42,641 nt of DNA from Xenococcaceae cyanobacterium (lineage in GTDB: Bacteria; Cyanobacteriota; Cyanobacteriia; Cyanobacteriales; Xenococcaceae): positions 1 through 42,641 of the forward strand of contig DAXETX010000074.1 of NCBI GenBank assembly GCA_051155735.1, written 5' to 3'. The position numbers and the translations under genes are program-made. Numbering within the stretch: the stretch's first letter is position 1; every line of letters starts with the position of its first letter. The notes under the pieces are model-generated. The model was not told the origin of the DNA and did not search any database. It saw only the letters and a program-made list of their open reading frames with translations. Of the stretch, positions 29,363 to 39,862 are shown piece after piece.

Positions 29363-30802
29363 ATGAGTACCACAGTCAAAAATCTTGTTAACCAACCCTA
29401 CAAATATGGTTTCATCACTGATATTGAAAAAGATACAATTCCTCGTGGATTAAGTGAAGCGGTAATTCGCTTAATTTCGACGAAAAAAAATGAACCAGAA
29501 TTTATGCTAGAATTTCGGCTCAAAGCCTATCGTCAGTGGCTTAAAATGACCGAACCAAATTGGGCGCACGTCGGATATCCACAGATTAATTATCAGGATA
29601 TTGTCTATTACTCTGCCCCCAAACAGAAAAAAGCCAAGTTAGATAGCCTAGAAGAAGTCGATCCAGCATTGTTAGAAACTTTTGATAAGTTAGGAATTCC
29701 TCTTTCAGAGCAAAAGAGATTGAGCAATGTAGCGGTAGATGCAATTTTTGACAGTGTCTCTATTGGCACTACTTTCAAGGAGAAACTAGCAGAAGATGGC
29801 GTAATTTTTTGTTCTATTTCTGAAGCACTTCAAGAACATCCTGAACTAGTCAAAAAATATTTGGGTAGTGTTGTACCTGTAGCAGATAACTATTTTGCAG
29901 CTTTAAACTCTGCTGTATTTAGCGATGGCTCATTTGTGTTCATTCCTAAAGGGGTAACTTGTCCTATGGAGTTATCTACCTATTTTCGGATTAATGATGG
30001 CGAAACAGGACAGTTTGAACGTACCCTCATTGTGGCAGAAGAAAGTGCATCTGTTAGTTATTTAGAAGGTTGTACTGCACCGATGTATGACACCAATCAA
30101 CTCCATGCAGCAGTGGTAGAATTAGTAGCCTTAGACAATGCCGAGATTAAATATTCTACTGTCCAAAACTGGTTTGCTGGTGATGAAAACGGCAAAGGGG
30201 GTATTTACAACTTTGTAACGAAAAGAGGCTTATGTAAAGGAGTTAATTCTAAAATCTCTTGGACACAGGTTGAAACTGGTTCGGCAATTACTTGGAAATA
30301 TCCAAGTTGTGTATTGATCGGAGATAATTCTGTAGGAGAATTTTACTCGATTGCTTTGACTAACAACAAGCAGCAAGCAGATACAGGAACAAAAATGATT
30401 CATATCGGTAAAAATACCCGCAGTACTATTATTTCTAAAGGAATTTCGGCGGGAGAATCCAAAGGTAGTTATCGCGGGTTAGTCAAAATGGGTGCTAAAG
30501 CCAAGGGTGCGCGTAACTATTCTCAGTGCGACTCGATGTTGATTGGCGATAATGCTGAAGCTAACACTTTTCCTTATATTCAAGTGGATAACAACACAGC
30601 TAAGGTTGAACATGAAGCTTCTACGGCAAAAATTGGCGAAGAACAGCTATTTTACTTTGCACAACGTGGTATCTCTGAGGAAGATGCAGTTTCGATGTTG
30701 GTTAGTGGTTTTTGTAAAGATGTTTTAAACGAGTTACCAATGGAGTTTGCTGCCGAAGCAGATAAGCTACTAAGTCTGAAACTAGAAGGTACTGTAGGTT
30801 AA
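29363..30802 (+). CDS. sufB: Fe-S cluster assembly scaffold protein SufB.
   Basis: 479 aa. Highly conserved SufB sequence ([24 protein letters not shown]..., ...[16 protein letters not shown]..., C-terminal ...[16 protein letters not shown]). Confidence 0.92.
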   Translation: MSTTVKNLVNQPYKYGFITDIEKDTIPRGLSEAVIRLISTKKNEPEFMLEFRLKAYRQWLKMTEPNWAHVGYPQINYQDIVYYSAPKQKKAKLDSLEEVDPALLETFDKLGIPLSEQKRLSNVAVDAIFDSVSIGTTFKEKLAEDGVIFCSISEALQEHPELVKKYLGSVVPVADNYFAALNSAVFSDGSFVFIPKGVTCPMELSTYFRINDGETGQFERTLIVAEESASVSYLEGCTAPMYDTNQLHAAVVELVALDNAEIKYSTVQNWFAGDENGKGGIYNFVTKRGLCKGVNSKISWTQVETGSAITWKYPSCVLIGDNSVGEFYSIALTNNKQQADTGTKMIHIGKNTRSTIISKGISAGESKGSYRGLVKMGAKAKGARNYSQCDSMLIGDNAEANTFPYIQVDNNTAKVEHEASTAKIGEEQLFYFAQRGISEEDAVSMLVSGFCKDVLNELPMEFAAEADKLLSLKLEGTVG

Positions 30803-30809
30803 TTTTAAG

Positions 30810-30848
30810 TTGGACAATGTCTATCAACCTTCGTTCTTCATTGTCCAA
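30810..30848 (+). terminator. Perfect 10-bp inverted repeat (TTGGACAATG ... CATTGTCCAA) 8 nt after the sufB stop. Candidate sufB terminator.
   Basis: Read directly. The stem arms are 30810-30819 and 30839-30848, with a 19-nt loop. The weak U-tract lowers confidence. Confidence 0.35.
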
Positions 30849-31336
30849 AAGTAACAATGAATCAAGCTTATAAAGTTAGAAAAAGCGAGAGGCTTTTTAA
30901 TACAGAGTCTCTCTGACTGGTAATTAAACCACTTCCTTTGGCTGGAAAATAGGGCAAAGTGTATTGGTGACAAGTTAAGGGTGTGTGTTATTTGTCAACT
31001 GGTTTATAGCTATTAGCTATTGGGTGTTAGCTGTTAGCTTTTAGAGATTTTCAAGTTAACCCTCTTTTTTAAAGCGATCGCTTATTAATTAGCTTCAGTC
31101 TATATTTAGTGTTAAGTCATCGGTACTCTGCCGTGAAACGACGGTGCCTGCGTTGACCGCCTTCCGCGGTCATAAATTAAACACTATATATAGCTGTTAA
31201 TCATTTAAACTCCATATTATTTAATTAGGCAAAAAACGGTTATAATCCATCTCCCTTTCTCCCAGTCCCCCATCTCAGCCACAACAAGCAAATTAAATGC
31301 GTGACAGCTTATGAGTTGGTAAGCCGTTAGATGCTA

Positions 31337-32920
31337 CTAATATTGAGTTTTTTTGGTAACTATTGTCCAGGATTCTGTAGTACTTACTAGCTTCATATCC
31401 AATAAATTTACTCTGGTTAAGGCATCAGGTGAAAGTAAAAAATAGACAGATGAAGATTCTAGCCAAACTTTTTGCAATTGTGCATCAGACAGAGGGATGA
31501 TCAGGCGATCGCTATAAAAATTGAGAGCGGGACGATGATCGCCATAGGAGGTATAAATAATCTTTTTTGGTGGAGTGACTGCTTGGATCATTTTTGCCAC
31601 AGGCTTAACAGGATATTGTTCTGCTAATTCCCAATTCCAATGGCTAGTGTTAAACAAAAATAATAATCCTAGATATAAACTGATTCCGATAGTGACAATA
31701 AAGTAGCGCGATCGCCGATACAGTAAAAGACTAGTAGTTCCTAAACCTAGAGTTAGTGTTAGAAAAACTAGCAGTAAATCACGCTCCTCTGGTTGGGGAG
31801 ATCCACTGTAAATAATACTTGCTACTGCACCGACAACAGTTAGCAGCGAAAAGAAAATAATTGCTCGATAATTACGAACAATAAAATAGTGATGCCATAT
31901 CTTGGCTAAATTTGCGCCAATAATTAAAGCGATCGCAGGATAGACAGGAATAATATACCAAGGGAGTTTGGTCGCCATCAAACTAATCGCTAAAAAGTAA
32001 ACTCCACCCCAGACTAAAACTAGTTTTGCCCACAAGCGATCTCGTTGTTGCAACGCTAACTTAATCCCTCCTGGTAAAAACCACAGCCAAGGTAAAGTAT
32101 CTTTAGCTAATATTCCTAAATAATACCAAGGTTGACCCTGATTATTTTCTAAAGTATTCCAGAGCCGACTAAAAGTTTGTTCCCCTAAATTAATGCCTAA
32201 AAATTCTGGTCCGTAACGCCAATATTGCAGACTATACCAAACTATTACAGGCAGAAAACTTAAACTAATTGTTAGTAGCAATTTCGTCAAAGATAGGAAA
32301 TTGCGTTGTTCTACTTTAGCTTCGAGCCACCAAAAAGTTAGAGCGATCGCTCCTAATAAGACACCAATGGCAATTCCTTTAGTCAAACAAGCTGCGCTTA
32401 ATCCTATTCCGACTAACCATAAGCCACGCACCTCAAAACGGGTGATTAATAAGCCTAACATCGTCAGACAAAACCAACAGGCGATCGCTCCATCTAACAT
32501 GGCTAATCGTCCATGTCGTACCATTTGAATTAAAGTTAGATAGACTAATGTCGCTAAAGTAGCAGAGATCCTAAGAGGAAAAATTAGCCGACCAATCAGA
32601 TAAAGCAGCGGTACAGATAAAGCAGCTAAAATAGCACCAGGAAAGCGACTACTCCACTCATTAACCCCAAAAATGGCGTAACAAATTGCGATTAACCAAT
32701 GAATTAGAGGGGGTTTGTTCCAATAAGGTACACCACCAATATTTTGCGGATACAGCCAAGTATCATCAGCAGCATGGCGATAAATTTCGCGAGAGACACC
32801 AGCTACAATAGCCTCATCCCAGTCTCTAAGAGGCACATTCCCCAAATTAAAAGTATAAAGAACAAAGGCTGCAATCCCAAAACCCCATAGCCATAGAAAA
32901 TCGCGCCTTTGTTCGAGCAT
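31337..32920 (-). CDS. GT39/GT83-type (ArnT / PMT-like) integral-membrane glycosyltransferase.
   Basis: 527 aa with about 12 TM helices. Family N-terminal motif VPLRDWDEAIVAGVSREI...WLYPQNIGGVPYWNKPPL. Confidence 0.75.
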   Translation of the reverse strand: MLEQRRDFLWLWGFGIAAFVLYTFNLGNVPLRDWDEAIVAGVSREIYRHAADDTWLYPQNIGGVPYWNKPPLIHWLIAICYAIFGVNEWSSRFPGAILAALSVPLLYLIGRLIFPLRISATLATLVYLTLIQMVRHGRLAMLDGAIACWFCLTMLGLLITRFEVRGLWLVGIGLSAACLTKGIAIGVLLGAIALTFWWLEAKVEQRNFLSLTKLLLTISLSFLPVIVWYSLQYWRYGPEFLGINLGEQTFSRLWNTLENNQGQPWYYLGILAKDTLPWLWFLPGGIKLALQQRDRLWAKLVLVWGGVYFLAISLMATKLPWYIIPVYPAIALIIGANLAKIWHHYFIVRNYRAIIFFSLLTVVGAVASIIYSGSPQPEERDLLLVFLTLTLGLGTTSLLLYRRSRYFIVTIGISLYLGLLFLFNTSHWNWELAEQYPVKPVAKMIQAVTPPKKIIYTSYGDHRPALNFYSDRLIIPLSDAQLQKVWLESSSVYFLLSPDALTRVNLLDMKLVSTTESWTIVTKKTQY

Positions 32921-32924
32921 CTAA

Positions 32925-33293
32925 CTAAAATTCGCTATCACTAGAGTATCCTCCTACCGCATCAGGATCGGCATCTCGTTTTGCGCCTAATAAGTCTAGG
33001 CGATCCACTCTGATCACTGGTTTAGAACGTTCCTTACCTGTATTGCGATCTGTCCAGGTCTCGATTTTTAAAGAACCTTTAATTCCAATTAAACTACCTT
33101 TGCGAACATAATTACCCGCTATTTCTGCGGTTTTGCCCCACATTTCGAGATTAAACCAATCAGGTTGATCGCTATTGCGAGTTGGGCGATTTACCGCTAA
33201 AGTAACTTTACACACTACACTCCCCGAATCAAAATATTTGATATCAGGATTAGCGCCAGCGCGCCCTACTAAATTAACCACATTAAGAGTCAT
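32925..33293 (-). CDS. ssb: Single-stranded DNA-binding protein (short cyanobacterial type).
   Basis: 122 aa. OB-fold motifs MTLNVVNLVGRAGANPDIKYF...DWFNLEMWGKTAEIAGNYVRKGSLIGIKGSLKIETW and an acidic C-terminal tail ...SDSEF. Confidence 0.85.
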   Translation of the reverse strand: MTLNVVNLVGRAGANPDIKYFDSGSVVCKVTLAVNRPTRNSDQPDWFNLEMWGKTAEIAGNYVRKGSLIGIKGSLKIETWTDRNTGKERSKPVIRVDRLDLLGAKRDADPDAVGGYSSDSEF

Positions 33294-33412
33294 AAACAGT
33301 AAAATAGTACCAAGTTAATAATTTAGTCTAGTTTAGCAAAGACTAAGCCAGAGTCTAGCAATAATCATCAATTAATTAATTTTTTGAGTGGCTAGATTGA
33401 CGATAAATTCGC

Positions 33413-33418
33413 TATAAT
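33413..33418 (+). promoter_or_regulatory. Candidate -10 box (TATAAT) for the tmRNA precursor transcript.
   Basis: TATAAT lies 13 nt upstream of the mature tmRNA 5' end. There is no convincing -35 at 17 bp spacing. Confidence 0.3.
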
Positions 33419-33431
33419 CAAAATATCACAA

Positions 33432-33810
33432 GGGGCCGTAACGGTTTCGACAGGCTGATTAAAGCTAATTTGTGATTCAGGTCGAGAGATTGAGTCCACT
33501 CTCGTAAATACAGGCTCAATTAAATATAGATGCAAACAACATCGTAAAATTCGAGCGTCAGGCGGTATTAGCCTAAGTCTAACTAGACTTGCTCGCTCTT
33601 AGTTTGACTCCGTTAAGGACTAAGAGTCAACCCCAACGGATGCACTCTAAGGTTGTCTCTAGTCAACCGAAGAGTAAAGACTTTACTAGAGAATCCCACC
33701 ATCAGGGATAAGTGATGGTTCCCGTTCTGAGGACAAGAAGAACTAAGCCTGTGAATGAGCGAACAGTTAATACCCAGTCTGGACAGCAGTTCGACTCTGC
33801 TCGGCTCCAC
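33432..33810 (+). ncRNA. ssrA: tmRNA (SsrA), one-piece form. It encodes the tag peptide ANNIVKFERQAVLA.
   Basis: 5' end GGGGCCGUAACGGUUUCGACAGG (tRNA-like acceptor/D-analog). Conserved CUCGUAAAUACAGGC...AUAGAUGCAAACAAC sits upstream of the resume codon GCA (33532). Tag ORF 33532-33573 with TAA at 33574. The 3' T-arm/acceptor is GGACAGCAGUUCGACUCUGCUCGGCUCCA(C). Confidence 0.88.
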
Positions 33811-33961
33811 TATTATTTTATTTTCCTGAAGAAATTTTCCGAAATAGATTTTAACGAAACTTTTTCCACAGATAACTCGAATTTCCCACAAATTATCCTG
33901 AGTTTTCCACAGATTCTAAAGCTGAAGTTAAGGGAAAAGAAACCCGATCTTAAGGTTTAGC

Positions 33962-33987
33962 GAGCTACAGGCGATCGCTTGTAGCTC
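33962..33987 (-). terminator. Hairpin GAGCTACA-ggcgatcgct-TGTAGCTC immediately downstream of hemB. The loop is a HIP1 palindrome.
   Basis: 8-bp perfect stem read directly, 15 nt past the hemB stop (34002). A T-rich tract (tttcttttccc) follows on the minus strand. Confidence 0.5.
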
Positions 33988-34001
33988 ATTGCCGTATCCT
34001 A

Positions 34002-35012
<1,011 letters not shown>

Positions 35013-35152
35013 TTAATCACAGTATTTACTATCTTAGGAATAACTGTTATCAAAAAAGACTAAGTTTCGTAAAGCAAGGGAACTAGGAACTAGAGAACAG
35101 TAATAGTTGCCGAGCCTCAACTCTCCTCATTCCAATCCCTAATTACCTCAAT

Positions 35153-36622
35153 TTAGAGATTTCCAAAACCCTTCTTTTTCTTGTTTTTCTTTTTCTTTTT
35201 CTTCGTTTCAGTTCCCTGATAACCGCGAAATCCAGGCATACCGCCACCCATTCCAGGCATACCACCACCAAACATCCCGCCCATGCCAGGCATACCGCCA
35301 CCCATTCCAGGCATAGCTGGCATACCACCGCTACCCATCTGTTGCATCAGCGATCGCATTCTGGTAAAGTCTTTTACTAGTTTTCCGACATCTTTTTCGG
35401 CAAATCCTGAACCTTTTGCCACACGACGGCGACGACTCGGAGATTGGGCTAAGAGTTCGGGTTCGGCTCGTTCTTGCTTAGTCATAGAATTAATCATCGC
35501 TTCAGTGCGTTTGAGTTGGATTTCTCCTTTCTCTAAATCCGCACCACTGAGTTTATTCATCCCAGGAATCAGCTTGAGTACTCCACCGAGAGAACCCATA
35601 TTTTTAAGGAGGCGCATTTGCTTTAAAAAGTCATTAAAATCGAACCGCGCTTCCATAATTTTGGCTTGCATATTGGCAGCATCAGCCAAATCGAACTCTT
35701 CTTGAGCTTTTTCAACGAGGGTCAGAATATCCCCCATATTTAAAATTCGCGATGCGAGGCGATCGGGATAAAATGGCTCTAGAGCTTCAACTTTTTCCCC
35801 AGTTCCGACAAATTTGATCGGTTGTCCCGATACTTGTCTAACCGATAGGGCTGCGCCACCACGACTATCCCCATCTAATTTAGTGAGAATTGCTCCTGTT
35901 ATTCCGATTTGTTCATGAAAAGTATGGGTGAGGTTAGCAGCTTCTTGCCCAGTCATCGCATCCACTACTAACAAAACTTCATCAGGATTGACGACATCTT
36001 TAATCTGAGCCAATTCTCCCATCATTTCGGGATCGATTTGGAGGCGTCCCGCTGTATCGATAATGACGGTATCTACTGCCATTTCTTGGGCTTTTACCAA
36101 ACCTTGACGGGCAATTTCTACAGGATTAACGTCTGTACCCATTTCAAATACAGGAACATCAATTTGATTGCCCAAAGTTAACAATTGGTCAATTGCAGCA
36201 GGACGATAAACATCAGTACCTACCATCAAACAGGTGCGCTTTTCCTTACGTAAATAAAGTGCCAGTTTTGCCGTAGCAGTAGTTTTACCAGTACCCTGCA
36301 AACCAGCCATCAAGATTACTGTAGGTGATTGCTCAGCGTGAGCGAGAGGAACATTACTTTCCCCCATCACCTTAACTAATTCATCATAGACAATTTTGAT
36401 AAATTGCTGACCTGGGTTAACCCCTGATAGGACTTCTGCACCCAAAGCTTTCTGTTCTACATCAGCGATAAAACCCTTAACTACTTGTAGATTGACATCA
36501 GCAGCTAATAAAGCGCGACGTACTTCAGTAAGAGCATCTTGAATATTAGATTGACTTATCTTATCCTGACCACGGAGTTTTTTCCACGCATCTTCTAACT
36601 TATCAGCGAGAGCATCAAACAT
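35153..36622 (-). CDS. ffh: Signal recognition particle protein Ffh (SRP54). It has a Met/Gly-rich M-domain and an unusual poly-Lys C-terminal tail.
   Basis: I set the start at the conserved MFDALADKLEDAW (ATG at 36622), because the track's 18-codon N-terminal extension is unlikely. GTPase motifs GLQGTGKTT, DTAGRL, TKLDG. C-terminus ...GMGGGMPGFRGYQGTETKKKKKKNKKKKGFGNL. Confidence 0.92.
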   Translation of the reverse strand: MFDALADKLEDAWKKLRGQDKISQSNIQDALTEVRRALLAADVNLQVVKGFIADVEQKALGAEVLSGVNPGQQFIKIVYDELVKVMGESNVPLAHAEQSPTVILMAGLQGTGKTTATAKLALYLRKEKRTCLMVGTDVYRPAAIDQLLTLGNQIDVPVFEMGTDVNPVEIARQGLVKAQEMAVDTVIIDTAGRLQIDPEMMGELAQIKDVVNPDEVLLVVDAMTGQEAANLTHTFHEQIGITGAILTKLDGDSRGGAALSVRQVSGQPIKFVGTGEKVEALEPFYPDRLASRILNMGDILTLVEKAQEEFDLADAANMQAKIMEARFDFNDFLKQMRLLKNMGSLGGVLKLIPGMNKLSGADLEKGEIQLKRTEAMINSMTKQERAEPELLAQSPSRRRRVAKGSGFAEKDVGKLVKDFTRMRSLMQQMGSGGMPAMPGMGGGMPGMGGMFGGGMPGMGGGMPGFRGYQGTETKKKKKKNKKKKGFGNL

Positions 36623-36958
36623 AAAGCAATTTTTACTGAAATTTAATTTAATGATTAATTTTAGATCGTAACGCAAATGGTGAATCGGTTTTGTGAGCTA
36701 GGTTCACTAATCTTTTTAGCCAAATTGCTTAAGAGGTTAATACTTCTTACGGATGTCTTGTTAAGACTACTTTTTCTATTATTGATTCAGATACTTCTCG
36801 AACACCTCCAGGATGAACGCCCTAAAACTAGGCTTGAGTCCTGGTTTTATTTTGGCTTTTTGCGGAAGTTTAAGCCCTAAAATTATTTTAAAAGTACTTT
36901 TAAACTTTAGTAGTTGATTTTTACTATCAATGATTAAACTATAGATGATTAACCATCG

Positions 36959-37765
36959 ATGATTTGGACTACTTTGAGCAAGCAACGTTTAGATATTTTA
37001 TTGGTAGAACGGAATCTTTGTGCTTCTCGTCAACAAGCACAACGTTGTATCGGAGCAGGAGAAGTTAGAGTTAATGGCGAAATAGTTGATAAGTCAGGCA
37101 CAAAGATTGCTTTAGATGCAGATATTACTTTACAAGCTAAACCTCCTTATGTTTCTCGTGGTGGAGAAAAGTTAAATCAGGCTTTAGCAACTTTTGGGAT
37201 TGAGGTTCGAGATAGAATTTGTCTTGATGGGGGAATTTCTACAGGAGGTTTTACCGATTGTTTATTACAAGCAGGAGCGAAGCAAGTTTATGGCATAGAT
37301 GTGGGTTATGGACAAGTAGCTTGGAGCTTACGCCAAGATGCTAGAGTAATCTTGCAAGAAAGAACCAATTTGCGTTATCTAACTCCCGAAGCACTGTATA
37401 AGACTGAAACTCCTGCTGATTTCGGGGTTATGGATTTATCATTTATTTCTTTGACTAAAGTTTTACCTGCTATTTGGCAATTGTTAGTTGCGCCAAAAGA
37501 AGTGGTGTTACTAGTTAAACCCCAATTTGAGGTAGGAAAAGCAAAAGTTGGCAAAAAAGGAGTGGTTCGTAATACTCAAGATCGAGCAGAGGCTATTTTA
37601 CAAGTATGGCAAGCTGCTTCTAAGCTGGGATGGAACTATCAAGGATTAACGACTTCTCCCATTACTGGTCCAGCAGGTAATGTAGAGTATCTACTGTGGC
37701 TAGATACTAAATCTAATGGTAAACATTTTGATTTAGAAGTAATTAAAGAGACAATCGAAATCTGA
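36959..37765 (+). CDS. tlyA: TlyA-family rRNA 2'-O-methyltransferase (S4 RNA-binding + FtsJ-like methyltransferase; 'hemolysin A').
   Basis: 268 aa. S4 domain (RLDILLVERNLCASRQQAQRCIGAGEVRVNGE), SAM motif CLDGGISTGGFTDCLLQAGAKQVYGIDVG, C-terminal SLIKPQFE-like LVKPQFEVGK. Confidence 0.85.
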   Translation: MIWTTLSKQRLDILLVERNLCASRQQAQRCIGAGEVRVNGEIVDKSGTKIALDADITLQAKPPYVSRGGEKLNQALATFGIEVRDRICLDGGISTGGFTDCLLQAGAKQVYGIDVGYGQVAWSLRQDARVILQERTNLRYLTPEALYKTETPADFGVMDLSFISLTKVLPAIWQLLVAPKEVVLLVKPQFEVGKAKVGKKGVVRNTQDRAEAILQVWQAASKLGWNYQGLTTSPITGPAGNVEYLLWLDTKSNGKHFDLEVIKETIEI

Positions 37766-37769
37766 ATAA

Positions 37770-38180
37770 TTATTGAAGGGAATTGATATCAGAACTAATC
37801 AAAGTATCTTTAGTTTCTTTGACAATTTTGGCGATATTGTTGGTATCAGATTGCTGCTGCGCAGTTGATACTGATTCTGATTCGATTTTAATCAATATTT
37901 TAGGACCAGAACTAGCTAAACGTATAATCGTACCATCTACAGCCATCGCTTGAGTAACTCTTTTTCCATCAATGTAAGTTCCATTAGCTCCTAGATTTAC
38001 GACTTCCCATTGGTCATTACCAATCTTTTTAATTTCGACGTGATGACGGGAGACAACAGCACTATAGAGGACAACTTCATTGTTAGTAGAACGTCCAATT
38101 CTAATTCTTGGTTCTTCTTGAAATGTCCAACTTTGAACTGGTACTGGTTGTAAAGGATGTAATAGAGTTAATGTAATCAC
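37770..38180 (-). CDS. FHA-domain protein.
   Basis: 136 aa. FHA signature IRIGRSTNNEVVLYSAVVSRHHVEIKK...NLGANGTYIDGKRV. Confidence 0.75.
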   Translation of the reverse strand: MITLTLLHPLQPVPVQSWTFQEEPRIRIGRSTNNEVVLYSAVVSRHHVEIKKIGNDQWEVVNLGANGTYIDGKRVTQAMAVDGTIIRLASSGPKILIKIESESVSTAQQQSDTNNIAKIVKETKDTLISSDINSLQ

Positions 38181-38649
38181 AGATTTGCTAGGTTAGAAAT
38201 ATTTGATTCCAATATATAGGGTTAACTAAATTTTAATTTTGAACTAGAAGTTTGATATAAGGCAAAAAAATTAACTGAGGATTATTAGAAGTAAAATGTA
38301 AGCTAAATACTTAATACATTCGTGACACTATTGCCAACAATAAAATTAAGTTGAGTTTTTGATCAGCATCATTTAACTAAAAGTTTCAAAGAGGCTACAG
38401 AGTATTGCCCCTCACCTACACTAAGTTCGGTTAATAGTCTCTTGTCCAAAGACGGAGTTCTATTAGACAAATATAACTGATAGTTGATTATCATGCCCCT
38501 GTAACTTTACATACTGAGTTCTTTAGTTTATCTCAAAAAATTCTCAATCAGTGTTACATAAAGACTGAAATAAATAATTAGAGCTATTTCAATAAAATTA
38601 GCGAAATTAATTTTTTCTGAGTAAAGTAATGCGATTAGCCTTTGTCGCT

Positions 38650-39846
38650 TTACGGCAAAGTTCCTTGAGCATCAGCATACTGAAAACAATCAGAGATTAA
38701 TCGAGACAAAACTTGTTTAATAACCATTGCTGTCCAATCAATGTCTGCTATTGTTGTATCTTTACCTAACGTAAGGCGAATGCCTCTTTTAGCAGTATTG
38801 GCATCATAGTCCATTGCCAACAAGATAGGACTAGGAATCAGTTTACCACTGTGACAAGCAGAACCAGCACTAATTCCAATTCCAGCTAAATTTAACTGTC
38901 TTACTATAGTCTTTCCTGTAACTTCTTGAGCTTGGCGAGCAAAATCATCACTCAAAATGAAACTAACATGGTGGGGTAAGCGATAGAGTCGATCGCCTGT
39001 GGGAGTGAGATAAGCGCAATCAGCTAATAAGTCAAACAAGCGATCGCGCAGACCGATTAAACGGGGGGTTTCTTGTGCTAGTTCTTGGGCTGCGAGTTCT
39101 GCTGCTACGCCAAAAGCTGCAATAGTAGGTACGGCTTGCGTTCCCGAACGAATGGTTCTTTCTTGTCCACCACCGCTTACTAGGGGTAATACTTCTACTC
39201 CTGGACGAATATATAACGCGCCAGCACCCTGTACACCATAAATTTTGTGAGCAGAAAGCGATAATAAATCGACTCCTAATTGTTGAACATCTAAAGGAAT
39301 TCTTCCTGCTACTTGCACTGCATCAGTATGAAACAAGACATTATGGCTACGAGCAATACGAGCCAGCGTTTCTATGGGTTGAAGTGTTCCGATTTCACTC
39401 TGTCCGTAAATAATCGAAATTAGGACTGTATTGGGTTGAATTGCTGCTTTCAGGTCGAGAGGATTGACTCTTCCTTGACGGTTTACGGGTAATCGGGTGA
39501 TTTGCCAGCCTAATTTTTCTAAGCTTTTTGCTGGTTCGGCGATCGCAGAATGTTCGACGCTGGAAATAATCAAATGTTGGGGCTGAGAATATTGTTGCGC
39601 AACCCCCATAATTGCCAGATTATCTGCTTCTGTTCCTCCAGAAGTAAAAACAATCGATTCAGGGGCGATTCCCTTGATTAAATCCGCTACTTGTAGCCTT
39701 GCAGTTTCTAAAACCATAGCTGCTGCTTGCCCCCAAGCGTGTAAGCTCGAAGGATTGCCATATTGCTGAGTCATCACCTGTTGCATTTTGGCGATCGCTT
39801 CGGGGCGAGGTTTGGTCGTAGCACTGTAATCAAGATATATTTGCAT
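38650..39846 (-). CDS. Class-I (NifS/IscS-type) cysteine desulfurase.
   Basis: 398 aa. PLP lysine in LSLSAHKIYGVQGAGALYIR. Group-I active-site Cys loop ISAGSACHSGK (not the SufS-type RxGHHCA). Confidence 0.85.
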   Translation of the reverse strand: MQIYLDYSATTKPRPEAIAKMQQVMTQQYGNPSSLHAWGQAAAMVLETARLQVADLIKGIAPESIVFTSGGTEADNLAIMGVAQQYSQPQHLIISSVEHSAIAEPAKSLEKLGWQITRLPVNRQGRVNPLDLKAAIQPNTVLISIIYGQSEIGTLQPIETLARIARSHNVLFHTDAVQVAGRIPLDVQQLGVDLLSLSAHKIYGVQGAGALYIRPGVEVLPLVSGGGQERTIRSGTQAVPTIAAFGVAAELAAQELAQETPRLIGLRDRLFDLLADCAYLTPTGDRLYRLPHHVSFILSDDFARQAQEVTGKTIVRQLNLAGIGISAGSACHSGKLIPSPILLAMDYDANTAKRGIRLTLGKDTTIADIDWTAMVIKQVLSRLISDCFQYADAQGTLP

Positions 39847-39862
39847 AAAACATCATGACTGA

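Noticed and set aside
31006-31047. Heptamer tandem repeat as a CRISPR-like or STRR array
   Set aside because: There are only about 5 degenerate 7-nt units, with no spacer-repeat structure. It is far too short and irregular for CRISPR, and its sequence differs from described STRR families. I kept it only as a minor note.
33613-33960. Two track ORFs (33613-33891 minus, 33712-33960 plus) that overlap the tmRNA
   Set aside because: They lie entirely within or over the ssrA gene, whose 5'/3' tRNA-like ends and tag reading frame are unambiguous. They are spurious translations of a structured RNA.
33432-34001. Possibility of a genomic island or prophage integrated at ssrA
   Set aside because: No integrase and no direct repeat of the ssrA 3' end are present. 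hemB and ffh (core genes) follow immediately.
35143-35705. ORFs 35143-35328 (minus) and 35283-35705 (plus) overlapping ffh
   Set aside because: They are alternative-frame or antisense translations of the Gly/Met/Lys repeat region of ffh. ffh is highly conserved and accounts for the locus.
36623-36676. 18-codon N-terminal extension of ffh in the track
   Set aside because: Ffh proteins universally start at MFDALxxxL. The extension (MRYDLKLIIKLNFSKNCF) is AT-rich intergenic sequence.
36677-36985. Two ~67-aa ORFs in the ffh/tlyA divergent intergenic region
   Set aside because: They overlap each other on opposite strands in AT-rich promoter DNA. They have no recognisable motifs or ribosome-binding-site context. 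Most likely non-coding.
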